Translations under genes and position numbers: made by a program | The notes under the pieces: generated by a model | Seen by the model: the letters and a program-made list of their open reading frames with translations, nothing else | Database searches by the model: none | What the model was told of the DNA's origin: nothing | Origin: Cirrosporium novae-zelandiae | Taxonomy: Eukaryota | Direction of reading: 5' to 3' | Length of the DNA stretch: 63,012 bases | Assembly (NCBI GenBank): GCA_026023565.1 | Contig: JAPETS010000015.1 | Coordinates: 620,001 to 683,012, forward strand | Shown here: positions 24,101 through 36,531 of the stretch, piece by piece | Layout of the letters: every line of letters starts with the position of its first letter | How positions within the stretch are numbered: position 1 is the first letter of the stretch

Positions 24101-26896
24101 ATGGCGCCCCCACTTCAGTCTCAAAACCACCCTGATGCCAAGGGCGTCGAGTAAGTACCTCTTCATCTTCGATTAGCTTAATATAGTCTAATTGATGACC
24201 GTAGTCAGGAGATACTCAACGCAAGAGGTACGTTAAAAAAGAGAGGGCCAGTTGTTTTATCTCGATATGAAGAGCTTGGGGTTTCCTCTCGTGTTGAAAG
24301 AACCTAGGATTCATTAGAGTTTACGTACTGACAGAGTGTTCCGATAGAATGGCAAATGGCCGATGACCCCACTCTTGGAGAAAACCAAATAAATGGGCCA
24401 TCATTTGCTTTGCAACGACCTGTTGGTGAAGCGTCTAACCCGTCTACTGGAAATCAAAGACAAAACGCAAGGGGACGTCGCAGACCATTTGCAGACTACC
24501 ACTGGTCATCATCAGGCCCAGGAAGATTTTTGCGGCCATCTAATCATAGACTATCTTTAGCCCCGAACAATCAAGCCCATTCGGGGGAAACAACCTCTCT
24601 TGTTCCAGTCTCTAGCTCTACCTACAAAGCGCCAAATATTCCTAATCGTAAGTGGTCTATGAAACTGGACGATTGGTGATCTAACTGTCATCCTTCAGAT
24701 GAATATGCACTTCCTGTTCAATATTGCGAACTCGACAAAAGGTATTTAATCTTACGAAAGAAGATGAAAGATTTGCTAAAATATTATAGTTGTTATCGCG
24801 GCTTTGACCCTCGTAACACGGCGAGTTTGGCTACCAATGTACAGCCATATGCACCTCTGGTATTCATAGAAAAGCAGACTAGCGTCAAATTCCAGATTCC
24901 TACATTGGACGCCAAAGTATGCAAAAGCTTAAGCAAATATCAATTATATCTCGAGGAAGCTGATAATCAAATAGACTCTCTACTTCTTTAGCCATGATGA
25001 AAACGATGTCATGCATGCTACTAGGATGATTGGCTCCTGGGTTAAGAGGAGCCTGGCATCAGCGCAACGTGGTCCACCCTCTACACAGCAAAGCACTGCA
25101 CATAAAGGCACTCTGCAGCGACCCAGAACATCTCTCCAAATGAGAAAGCAAGCATTGGAGAATCAGCAGCTGGTGCTATTTGAGGAGGCGAAAGGCATCG
25201 AGTCACGAAATTTTGCCAAAGTCTATGCTCACACAATAGAAAGGGACGAACGTGATCGAAAAGATATTCAGAAAAAAGAGGTACTTTTGACGCGTCGTAG
25301 GGAACCGCCGCCCACACAAGGGTTTCGTTGGACTGTGAGTTTGCTGATCAATACATTTGAGAAATTTCACTTACAGAAACAGGGTCACTTTTTATGGCCA
25401 GTCGATGAGGTGCCTATTAGTGTACTTGGCCTAAAGCTGGAGGTTTTGGACACGCTTCGTAAAAAGCAGAACTGCTCTATCACCTTTGACAGTGAGCGGC
25501 TGACTATTAAAGTCTGTGCTGATTCGCAAGAGATCGTAGAGTTCATTTTTGGCGGGATACGTGTCATTTTTCTTGAAATCATTGCCCAAGACCGCCAGCC
25601 TCAGAAACTCATAGTTGTCAATCCTCCAGCTACAGACAAAATGCGCAAGATTATCGAAATGGTTGATGAAGGTACACAAAGGAACGACGAGGGTGATTTT
25701 GACCTGGTTATAACCAGATCTATGCGGCTCATTGGTGACAAGCTAAGCAAGACCGAGCAGCAAGAATGGAATATAGAAAGGGAGACGATAGCAGAGCGAG
25801 ATCGAGACCGAATTGAGTTGAGGATTAAGAGTGCTCTCGCAAGCTTGCAGGTTCACCGTGGCTACATACGGATGCGTGTTGACTTTGGCCGTTTTGTGTT
25901 TACAGACTATAAAGCGCCCAAGAATGAAATACCCCAGGATGGGAAAAGTCACCGATTCACCATTCATGAGGTTATGGAATGGGTCGGCGACTCCAGAACC
26001 AGAGGCTATCTCATGCCCAGGTGAGTGATCTTCATTCTTCACAATGATTTGCAGCTGCTGACCGATTTACAGCTTCGACAATAATGCAACAGGAATGAAC
26101 CCACTAGAACTTTGTTATTCACGCCCACATTTGTTTGTTCCAGCGGATAGCACTTTGGAATCCTTACGTGATGTCCAGCCTGTCTATTCAGCAGCGATAG
26201 ACCTACCTCAAAGGGGCCAGAATAATGTTCGCTTAATTTCCGAAGTTACTATCTCAGATACAAATGTGGTCACGCCCTCCTCGCAACGATGTGTCAGGCT
26301 AGGCCCTGGACAATCTGCTTTGGAAATCCATGTCGTAGATTTTGAAAGGTTGATACTACATCCCTACATATAGGTTGGCCATCACTAATACCGGCGACAG
26401 GGCGGCGTGGCGTTTACAGATAACAGCACAGAGAACCGTTGGAGCTACCAAGGTTCCTCCCCAGTTTAAACTAGCTCTGGAGTCCCTTAAGTTTGATGGC
26501 AAGGTTGCGAGGTCCCAGACCGGCCAAATATATGTCAATGTGAGCAATGCGATCTACCTCCGAAACATTGTTCGGCTACAGCAGATGGCCACATGGAAGT
26601 TCAAGACAAGGGGGCTTGATTTCGAATTAACAAGGTGCGAAACATTTGAGAAGAAGGACCTTCCTAACTTTACTGACCAATCGCCTCTCACAACTTGGAG
26701 TGCCGTTCTTTACGATCAAGAATGGGACCAGAAATTTGCGGTGAGTAATGTATTGAAAGCAGGCCAACGTGCAAGCTGGATTCCAACTCCTCGAGAGTTC
26801 TTCAGCACATCTGCTATCAAAACGGGGAATGAATCTTCATTCCAGGCATTCTACAACAAAGTTGGCGAGATCGCAGCCCTTCTTCAGACGAAGTAG
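24101..26896 (+). CDS. Uncharacterized fungal protein (8 exons) with a possible degenerate KH-like segment
   Basis: In-frame exons 24101-24150, 24205-24227, 24348-24647, 24699-24741, 24790-24916, 24975-26020, 26073-26348, 26401-26896, all with GT..AG introns. Motifs VLGLKLEVLDTLRKKQNCSITFD and GYIRMRVDFGRFVF. Confidence 0.8.
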
Positions 26897-27325
26897 GTAT
26901 TCTACCCTTCCTGAGTGAAATTATAACCTCAACACATATTTTCCTTTCGTTATTTAAATGATGCTCTCTGGGAACCGTCACCCTTTGGTCAAATATTAAA
27001 TACCCATTCTATTCAACCCATTTTTCTTTTCTCTTCCTTATTTACGAGACAAGAGCAGTGATTGTTGAATGGGAAATTACGAACGGTGTGAAATCACTAG
27101 TTTGCACTAGGACTAGTCGTGACGATATCGTATGTACCTTGTGTACTCGCAATGCGTGAACGTTATTTCGTATCTCATACCGATGAGGATGTGCTCGTCC
27201 CAGCAAGAAAGGATGTCTCGTGATCCACGAGTCTTTTTTTTTTCTTGTAGAAAGTCGAGTGAAACTCCATTCACCCCCTCCTCTAGCCTAGCCAAGTAAT
27301 AGACAGTTTTGTTTTGCCCCTACCT

Positions 27326-28013
27326 CTACCTAGCGGCCGCTGCAGAAGGACCAGGTGCTGCCTGACTTTCCGTAACTTTTTGACGTAGGACTATTCAACA
27401 TGAAGTCAGCATGGAAACAAGGCGAATCTTATATAGAACCAGGGACATTGAACCCACCATCCTCTACAACCCTCATACTCTGACTTTTCCCCTGTATTAT
27501 CTTCTCCAAGTCCCCCAAATTCCTCCCCAACTCCTCGATCTTGCCTTCATAGAATGTAATCGCGTCCTTGGTACTCTACTCACACACAAAAATGTCAGCA
27601 CACCAAACTCATTCATTCCCAACCCATCACCCACATAAAAAAATTCAAAGACATACCTTCTCAACAAAAAACCCCGTCCCCACATCCACAACCACCTTTT
27701 CCCTATCCGCCAACCTCCCCGGAACATACAAACTCGTCGTCAACGGTACCAAAATCATTTTCCTATTATCCTTCTCCCCTCCAACCTTACTATCACCACC
27801 ATTCCCACTTCCAGGACCTAACAACCCATCCCGAATACTCCCAATACAATCTTTAAATTTCGTTTGTGCTTGTCGTAGTTTGGAGAAAGAGTTTGTAAGG
27901 TGTTCGAGTTCGGCGTCGAGTTGTTTTTTTAATTGGGTTAGTTGGGGGAGGGTTAGGGTTGTTATGTCGATGCCGCCGCCGTTGTTGCCGCTGGGAGTGG
28001 TGGGGGTGGTCAT
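27326..28013 (-). CDS. GIM5: Prefoldin subunit 5 (alpha type)
   Basis: Exons 28013-27657, 27575-27458, 27390-27326. Motifs LTLPQLTQLKKQLDAELEHLTNSF, ILVPLTTSLYVPG, VVVDVGTGFFVEK, VLRQKV. Confidence 0.95.
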
Positions 28014-28568
28014 TTTTTTTGGTGGGGTAGGGGTTTGGTATGAACGGAGGTGTTGTGTTGTAAGGAGGCGGGTGGGAGGTATATGTCGTATGTGGGTGTT
28101 CAATGGGAGGATGCTTCGAAGGAACTTGTGAAGGTGAAGGTAAAGTTGGAAGGTTTTGGTTTAAAGTTGAATGTGTGGATTTGTTTTCGGTTTTCGGTTT
28201 TTGGTGGGGAGATTTTTTGGGGGAGCTTCGGGGGTCGGTTATTATGGGATCGAAGGGAGGGAGAGGGGCCGATTGATTTGCCGATCTGATGGATGTGTAC
28301 TGTAGGGCTGAGGAGAGGATGAGGGGTTTTTTTAATTGAGAAAACAAAAATACTGTGCTGTGTATGTGTGAGGGATATATGGGATATGGGATGGTAATTA
28401 GATAAATAATTATAAATAATGGAGCTGAGGATGTAATAGAAAAAATTTTAAATTTGATGATTAATATGTGGCATAAGCTACAGGATATACCGATAATTTA
28501 TATGTATATGTCTACAGTAAATCTTACGTATGTATACACAACGTGCAACCTGCAAAAAAAATTATTCT

Positions 28569-30824
28569 CTAGAGTTTTGCCAGTAACCTACTTACAAACT
28601 CCCTTAGTTCTTCCAATGGAACTTCTATCCTGATATTATCGAGCCGTCGGCATTGTACTTCGCATTTCTTACTTTGCTTCCACGATCTTCCTAGCACCAC
28701 GATCACGGGGTAGCCTACCAAATCTGCATCCTTGAGCTTCCAGCCAAACTCCTTGTTAGGTCGATCATCTAGGATTGCATCGATGCGGTTTAAGGATGGT
28801 ACATTCATACCATTGTCATCGCTTGCCTTCACGTTGGCATTTGCGTTTATCAAGGTATCGTACACCGTTTCCGCATCTCCTTCGCAGCCCTTGACTGGGA
28901 TGATTATGGCTTCATATGGCGCAATTACTCTCGGCCAGTTTAGTCCTTTGTTATCGACCAGCGCATCTGCCACTGCTGCTATCATGCGGGAGACTCCGAT
29001 GCCGTGACAGCCCATTTGCATGGGGATCTGATCGGTAGAGTCGCGCATCGCAATGGTGGCATTGAGTTTGGAGCTGTACCGCGTTCCAAGGTAGAATGTG
29101 TGGCCTAGTTCTACGGCCTTTTGGACGGTGAGATGACCGGTGGAGCAGGAGGGGCAGGGGGAGTTGTCATGGATGCAGAGAAGGTCGAGTGGTTGGGTGG
29201 AGGTAGAGGTGGAGGGGGAGGATTTGGTTTGGATTGTGTGGTTGATTTGCTCGAGAGAGTTGGTTGGAATGTTGGAGAGGCGTTGGCGGATGAGGAATTC
29301 GATGAGTTGGTCTCCCATTTTTGAGAGGGTGGGGAGGAGGCGGTAGTCTATCAGACTGATGATGCGGAAATTTTGCAGTGTAGAGGCATCCTTTGACGCA
29401 GACTTTTGGAGAAGGGTAGACCATTCCTCGACGGGGGTTTCGATGCCGCCCGCAAGAGAATCAACAAGTGGCTTTATGGCGTGGATATTAACTTGATGTT
29501 CTGGTCTTTGAGCTTCTGCAGCTATGTTTGGTGAATTGTTAAAATCAGGTTCGCGGAAGCGTGGGTAGAATGCCACAATGAGGGTTTTCTTATCCCGAGT
29601 CACGCCGGACCAAGATGCAATGGCGTCCTGGTTCCTGATTACGGTATTCTCCCATTCTTCTAGAACAATTTTACTTTGTGCGAGTTCTTCATTGGCTACA
29701 TAGTCGCAATCTGAGCAGCTCATGATGTTATCCTCACCCTTAGAAGAAGGGAAGTGGTATTCATGGCTCAAATCGCCTCCCATACTACCAGAGTCAGCTT
29801 TAGCGACTAGATATGGGATCTTTAGATCGTTAAAGAAGGCCGTGTATGCTTTTCGAACGCTCTTATAGGTTGCTAGAGCATCGGGGACACTTTGGTCAAA
29901 GGTATAGAGATCTTTCATTAGGAATTCTCTACCTCGGAGAAGCCCCTGTCGCGGGCGAGGTTCATCTCTATACTTGCGCGCTTCAGGGGATAGTTAGTGG
30001 AAACACATAGAGTAGATTAGAATTGCGAATTTGACGCATACAGATCTGATAAAGTCGAATTGGAAGCTCTTTGTATGATTTAGTAATTCCACCCACAAGT
30101 GTGGTTATTTCTTCTTCATGGGTTGGAGATAGGAGGTACTTTGCACCTTTCCGATCCTTGAAAAGAAATGCCTGCAAGGAATAAGAATCATGTTACGAAG
30201 GATCGTGGAGGTTAACACACATCTGAGTCTTCAGGATCTAGCCTACCGGATTTCTCCCATAATTTCTGTGATGATATCGAGGATAAGGATACCTTTGAGG
30301 CCCCTAATGGTTTTAGCGCCTCTTTCAGACGACAATGGGGATAGAATACCCAAAGTTCTCATATGTTTGTCAATGAGCTTTTCTAGCTTGTCTTGTACCC
30401 TCAACCCAAGAGGAAGAAAATGGAAAATGCCAGAATAAACCTAGGTTAAATATCAGGGAAATATTCACAAGTCTAATCTCCAGATCTTCATTCACCTGGC
30501 GAAGGAACCCTCCCCTGACCAGCAACGAGTGAGAATCCTCTAGCTTGAATGTTAGCTATACACGAGCAATGTAAGAGATTGGCCTTACCTTTGCCACCAA
30601 CATTTTCAGCAATACCTCCAGTTGGGACCCAGACATTGGAAAGTCGATTTCGGAAATCAACCTGGGCAGCTTTATAAGTAACCATATATCAATTGAAGAG
30701 ATATATCAAATACGTGATAAGCGCGCAAGTTACATAGTGTCTTATTCAGCCGAACGGTCCGATATAAAAATGGACGGTTGACTCCATGCGGAGAGACTCG
30801 AAAAGAACTATGGACAAACAGCAT
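28569..30824 (-). CDS. AIM10: Mitochondrial (bacterial-type) prolyl-tRNA synthetase
   Basis: Exons 30824-30734, 30669-30589, 30539-30496, 30440-30350, 30303-30221, 30171-30042, 29980-28569. Arg-rich presequence. Motifs LSPTHEEEIT, RKYRDEPRPRQGLLRGREFLMKDLY, ADSGSMGGDLSHEYH, ELGHTFYLGTRYS, MGCHGIGVSR, and an anticodon-binding domain. Confidence 0.93.
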
Positions 30825-31122
30825 GAACTGACTTTGAACAAGTAATTTCTAAATAAATATTGAAGGGAGAGGCTTTAGTTAGAATTAGAAAAGTAGCAAG
30901 TCCTAATTAACTTATTTGGAATAATTTGTCTTGGTCTTGCAGTTCAACACAACTGTGGAGGGCGGAGCTACTAAAATTTAACTGCAACTTTAGGCGAGGC
31001 TGCCGGGGGAATAGCTCCCTGCGACAATTTTACGCGAAATATTTTTTCACATTTACCCAAGGTCATGGACCTCAGTTTAAGAATTTCCTTGTCACCATAC
31101 CTATCTCCATTCTCATAATACG

Positions 31123-34100
31123 ATGGGGAAAAACAATAATACAAAATCGCTAAAGGAGGCGAAACACATTTCTGAAAACGAAGTGGTAGCACCAGCAGAA
31201 CCAAACGATGATGAAGCTCTTCCAACCTTCGATAAAGATGCCCTCTCCAAATTGACCGATGCGATCTCGAAGAAATTAGATAGACCGCATACCGAAACGA
31301 AGCCCATATCTAAGAAACAGTCCAAGAAAGGATCTAAAGAGCCTAAGAAGGCTTTGATAACTGGGGATGCCAATGGACCAGCGAATGACGCTGTTGAGCC
31401 AAAGAACAGCGTCAAGCCGAATGTTAACAGCCCCAAACGCGGCAAAAAGCGAGATAGTAAGGGGGAGATCAAACCCTTAAGGACCGAGATTATTAAGTCC
31501 AAGGGCAAAGAAGGGCGCCCAGAAAATGGCAAGAGTTCAGAAGGATCCGCCTTGGAGAAGGAGATATTGGCTCTTGGTGGCTCAAAAGAGGATTATGATT
31601 TGATAGGAGAATTGGAATCGGAATCGGAGATAGAGGGAGACAGCATTGCTCAGACAAAAAACAAGTCATTTATCAAAGACAAAACCCTTGGGAAAGAATT
31701 ATCAAATTTCCTAAAAGATCTTGATATCCCAAGCTATGTCCCAGATGACGACCCTTCCGACGATGGAAAGGCAGAGGATAGCGAAAAAAACGTTGTGGAA
31801 CTTGCTATGAAGTCGGAATCCTTAGAGAAGCCAAAGCATCATACTTTTGACGAGGAAGGCAACTTGCATGCAAAGCTAGTGTCGGAGTCAAAGAAGGATG
31901 CGCGGAGTGCATTACATCAAAATTTAAAGGGCTTGGTTAGTCTAAACCCTTTGAGCTGCATTGGGATAATACACGACTAATTTCTTTTTTTTTTTAGCTT
32001 GTTGAGCCTCGTCCTGACTGGTATGCCGCTGATTTACCAGCAATTGCCAGTCCCACAGACAGAGTTCCTATTCTCCCATCAACTCTACTAGATGAACTCT
32101 CTACGTATGCTTCATACCTCCTAGAAAAAGAGAATAGCGCGTACTCTTCAGCACAGAATGCCTCGACATCCCATCAGTTCTACACGACTATTATGACATC
32201 TGGAACATTAAGCGACAAGATATCTGCATTGACGTTAGCTGTCCAGGAATCTCCTATCCACAATGTAAAGGCATTAGAGAGCTTGGTAAACTTGGCTGGG
32301 AAGCGTAGTAGAGACCAAGCAATTAATGTACTCCAAGCTTTGAAAGATCTTTTGGCTCAAGGCTCTTTGCTCCCCCCCGGTCGGAAACTGAAGACATTTG
32401 CAACTCAACGAGACCTAGCAGCCTCCTTCAAAAAGTCGGATTATAATTGGAAATCTGGTGGCGCCCTACCTTCTGGTTTGACTGATGTTCACTTGATACT
32501 CTGGGCTTATGAAGACTTGCTTAAAAAGACTTACTTTGAAATAGTCAAAATACTTGAGACATGGTGTAACGACGAGATCGAGTTTGCTCGATCGCGAGCA
32601 ATTAACTTTGTGCAAGAACTCCTGGCAGAGAAACCAGAACAGGAGGCAAATTTGCTGCGTCTTCTCGTCAATAAACTTGGAGACCCTAGCAAGAAAATTG
32701 CTTCCAGAACGTCTTACCTCCTATTGCAAGTCCAAACGATTCATCCTGCCATGAAGCCAACCATTATATCTGCCATCGAGGAACAGCTCCTCTTCAAACC
32801 AGGGCAGAGTCCTCATGCAAAGTACTATGGAATTCTTACGTTCAACCAGACCGTCCTAAGCAACAAAGAGGCGTCTGTTGCTAAGCAGCTGCTCAGAATC
32901 TACTTCAATTTGTTTGTTATTCTTCTAAAACCTGCGGAGGAAGCCTTGAAGGTCTCAAAAGAGCCCCACGATGCTAAATCACAGAAGGACCGGCAAGCTA
33001 GCCGAAAGAAAAATTCCAAGTATTCGGGAAATACACAGGATGATGAGTGGCGAGAAAAAATGATATCTGCAGTCTTGACTGGTGTCAATCGTGCATATCC
33101 ATATTTAATTTCTCCTGGCGACGAGTAAGTCTTGCTTCTAAATTCACGTCAATAAAGTACTAATATGCTTCTCAGGACCAACCAACATATGGATACTTTA
33201 TTCAAGATCACACATTCTTCTAATTTCAATACCAGTATCCAGGCTCTTATGCTAATACAACAGCTAACTTCAGCGAACCAACTTTCGGCAGATCGCTTCT
33301 ACAGGACACTCTACGAATCCCTTTTTGACCCAAGACTACTTACTTCTTCAAAACAAACTATGTACCTCAACCTTTTATACCGAGCCCTAAAAGCTGATCT
33401 CAGTTTGAGTCGCATTAAAGCATTTATCAAGCGCATAACGCAGGTTCTTTCTCTACATCAGCCACCTTTCATATGTGGCGCCTTCTTCTTAATCCGTGAA
33501 CTGGAAAACACTTTTCCTGGCTTGAAGACGTTTGTAGACCAGGAACAAGATTTGGATAGTGACGAGGAGGAGGAATTCCATGATGTTCCAGACGATGATG
33601 ACGAACAGGATCTTCAAGAGACTACTAAACAGCTTACTTTAAAGGAGGTCCCTCGCCTAAATGTCTATGATGGACGAAAACGGGACCCCGAGCATAGTAA
33701 TGCTGACAGAAGTAGTTTATGGGAAATTGTAAGACAATAAACAATTGAGCTTCATGAAGCAGAACGCTAATCAGCACTATAGTTACCACTTCTGGCACAC
33801 TTTCATCCCACTGTATCTGTGTCTGCAGCTCAGTTACTCCGGCATGAAGCCATGCCTGGTAAACCTGATCTTACACTACACACAATGATTCACTTCCTCG
33901 ATCGGTTTGTCTATCGAAATATGAAGTCGAGTTCCAAAACTACCCGAGGCGCCTCGATTATGCAGCCTCTAGCAGCTACCGATTCGTCTGGTTTGTTGGT
34001 CTCTGCAAGTACCGGTAACAAGGGGCGGACCCCAGTCAACTCACAGTGGTTCCGAGACCTGAAAAGTGAGGACGTCAAGGCTGAAGATGTTTTCTTTCAT

Positions 34101-34643
34101 GACTACTTCCGTCGCCTTGGTAAGGGTAAGGAGTCGAACAAAGCAAAGGAAAAGAAAACAGGGGAAGAAAAGGAAGGGGATTCCGAAGATGGAGAAGAGG
34201 AAGAAATTTGGAAAGCACTGGTTGACTCAAGGCCGGAAATTGAAGCTGACGATGACGATGACGATTTTGATATGGATGGCCTGGATGATCTCTCGGATGA
34301 AGACTTAGAAGATGGAGGATTGATTCTAGATCCCCAGGATCAAGAAGTTGATTGGGATGTGGAAATGCATGATGAGAGTCAAGATGATGAGCAAGACAGT
34401 GAAAATGATTCGGTGGATTTGGACGATGAAGATGAGACAGCCTTCATGGATGATAACGAAGACCTACCATCTGATGTTGATGAAGCTATCGCGAATAAGG
34501 ATGAATCAGGGGAAGCGGCAGAAAGTTCAAACCAGAACTTGTCTTCAAAGAAACGGCGTAAGCTCAAGCATCTTCCTATATTTGCATCTGTGGACGACTA
34601 TGCTACTTTGTTGGAGAAGGAAGGTGATGGAAATGATTATTAA
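31123..34643 (+). CDS. MAK21: Ribosome biogenesis protein Mak21/Noc1 (CBF/Mak21 family)
   Basis: Exons 31123-31935, 31998-33124, 33176-33728, 33783-34643. Motifs [49 protein letters not shown], acidic tail, [14 protein letters not shown]. Confidence 0.95.
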
Positions 34644-35086
34644 ACATGGAACTGATTACCGAGGGATTCCTGTATCCACTAAAAAGCTCTAGTACTTAGT
34701 TTTGTGCATAAATAAATAGCCGTAGAAGGCACTTTCTACACTACGACACTTGGGTAATATCAATGGCCTAGTGTGCTTGGAAGGTACTTCGTACCGTGTA
34801 CGAATCTCGTAGTTGATGGAATGGGCTAGGAAGTAGTGTGATAGAAATGAAGTTGCCGAGGCAATTCTGGAAGGGTCTCTCGTAAATCTAGTCTAATTAC
34901 TTTTCCCCGACGAAACTCTTCCCGGTAATGAGGTTACCGAATCCCTGCATAATAACTCTGACGCCTTGAATAGAGATTTCTGGATGCTAGTGAGTCCAAG
35001 AGTTCGTCGACTTTGAGGCTTCGACCCACCTTAAAGCGGTCAACTATCCCTTCTCAAGAGCCCTTATCGGTGCTGGTGATGCTCCG

Positions 35087-36110
35087 ATGCCGCATCTATA
35101 TCATGGGAGAGTTCTTTCTCCCTTTCCCTTATTTTTTCGAAATGCGCCTTTGAAGCTTCAACCTAGTTCAGTTGGTCCTCGAACAATAGTTAGAAAATAC
35201 CAGCGGTACCAATCTACAGGTATAGCATTAACACTCCTCTCAATAATCAATAGACCTCACGCATTTCTTAGTCATTGTCGAATCCCACAAGCCATCCATC
35301 TTTAAAAGATTTGCAAAGTTCACCGTGCTTGCAGCCCTTTCCGCAGGCGTTGGCTTCTACTTAGCAGTGAATCCAGCAATCAAACTCAGAATGGCGTTCA
35401 TGAATCCACCATCGGATGCGGAAACCCTTTCGATGTGGGAACATACAGATGAGACATCTAGAGAGGTCGATGAATATATCAAGAACCATCCCTTGGCAAA
35501 AAGTCTACGAGCAAATCCTAACTACGTCGAATCAATACCGCACATGAAGATTCCGGAGTCCTATAGAAATAAGAGTTTAACAGGCGGTACCCTGATTGGG
35601 AACACAAAGTTTCCAGTTCCCCCAAGAAGCTTCAGTGAAAGAGGGGGGAAGAGCCTGATCCAGATACAATATTTGGGCTCCGACCTCTGTGGCCATCCCG
35701 GCATTGTCCACGGGGGGCTCCTTGCAACAATGCTAGATGAGGGTCTAGCGAGATGTTGCTTCGACGCCCTTCCCAACAAAGTCGCAATGACGGCAAATTT
35801 GAATATCAACTATCGTAGACCTGCTGTTTCAGGTGGTTACTATGTCCTAAGAGCAAGAACAACCAAAATCGAAGGACGAAAAGCGTGGGTAGAAGGCCAT
35901 ATCGAAAATCTTACACAAAATGGAGAGGAGAGAGTGATCTACGCCGATGCAGTTGGTCTTTTTATAGAACCAAGAAACACCGTAAGTCTACCCCTGCATT
36001 TTCCCTTCTTACACGGCAGTGTAGTTTCTTGACGATTGTTTTAGGGAATGTTGGGAATGTCCAAAAAAGCGGCAGACAAGTCTGGAACACAGCCTGCGAC
36101 GGCAGGTTAG
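35087..36110 (+). CDS. Mitochondrial hotdog-fold thioesterase (PaaI/4HBT, Fmp10-like)
   Basis: Exons 35087-35219, 35272-35981, 36045-36110. Presequence plus TM helix, then LCGHPGIVHGGLLATMLDEGLARC, TANLNINYRRP, EGRKAWV. Confidence 0.9.
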
Positions 36111-36531
36111 GATCGAGAATAACCTTTATCATCATTGATACTACAACATGAATTAGACGATCATCTGCATTCGATCGTACGATTTGAAGCCACATGCGGG
36201 CGCAAATGGAATGAGGTTAGAACATATGGGGGAATTTTCTTGAATATACCTCTTAATAGACTAATGAGAATAAACTTAGAAGATCAACCCAATAGGCTAT
36301 CATTTGGCCTTTTTGGCAAATATCATCAATAGATAATTAATGCAAGTAGGTATGTAGTTGTAGTCTGGAATGATAGAGAGTATTTCTTAGGGCAAGGCTC
36401 AGAAAGTACAAGTTCCTCAGGCAAGGACGCTAGCCGAAGCCTATCTGACGTCGATCGGATCCCAAGCTCGAGGGCTCCCAAGAACCCAAGCAGCTTTGAG
36501 CAAAAGCTCTCCACCACACCTACCCTTAACC

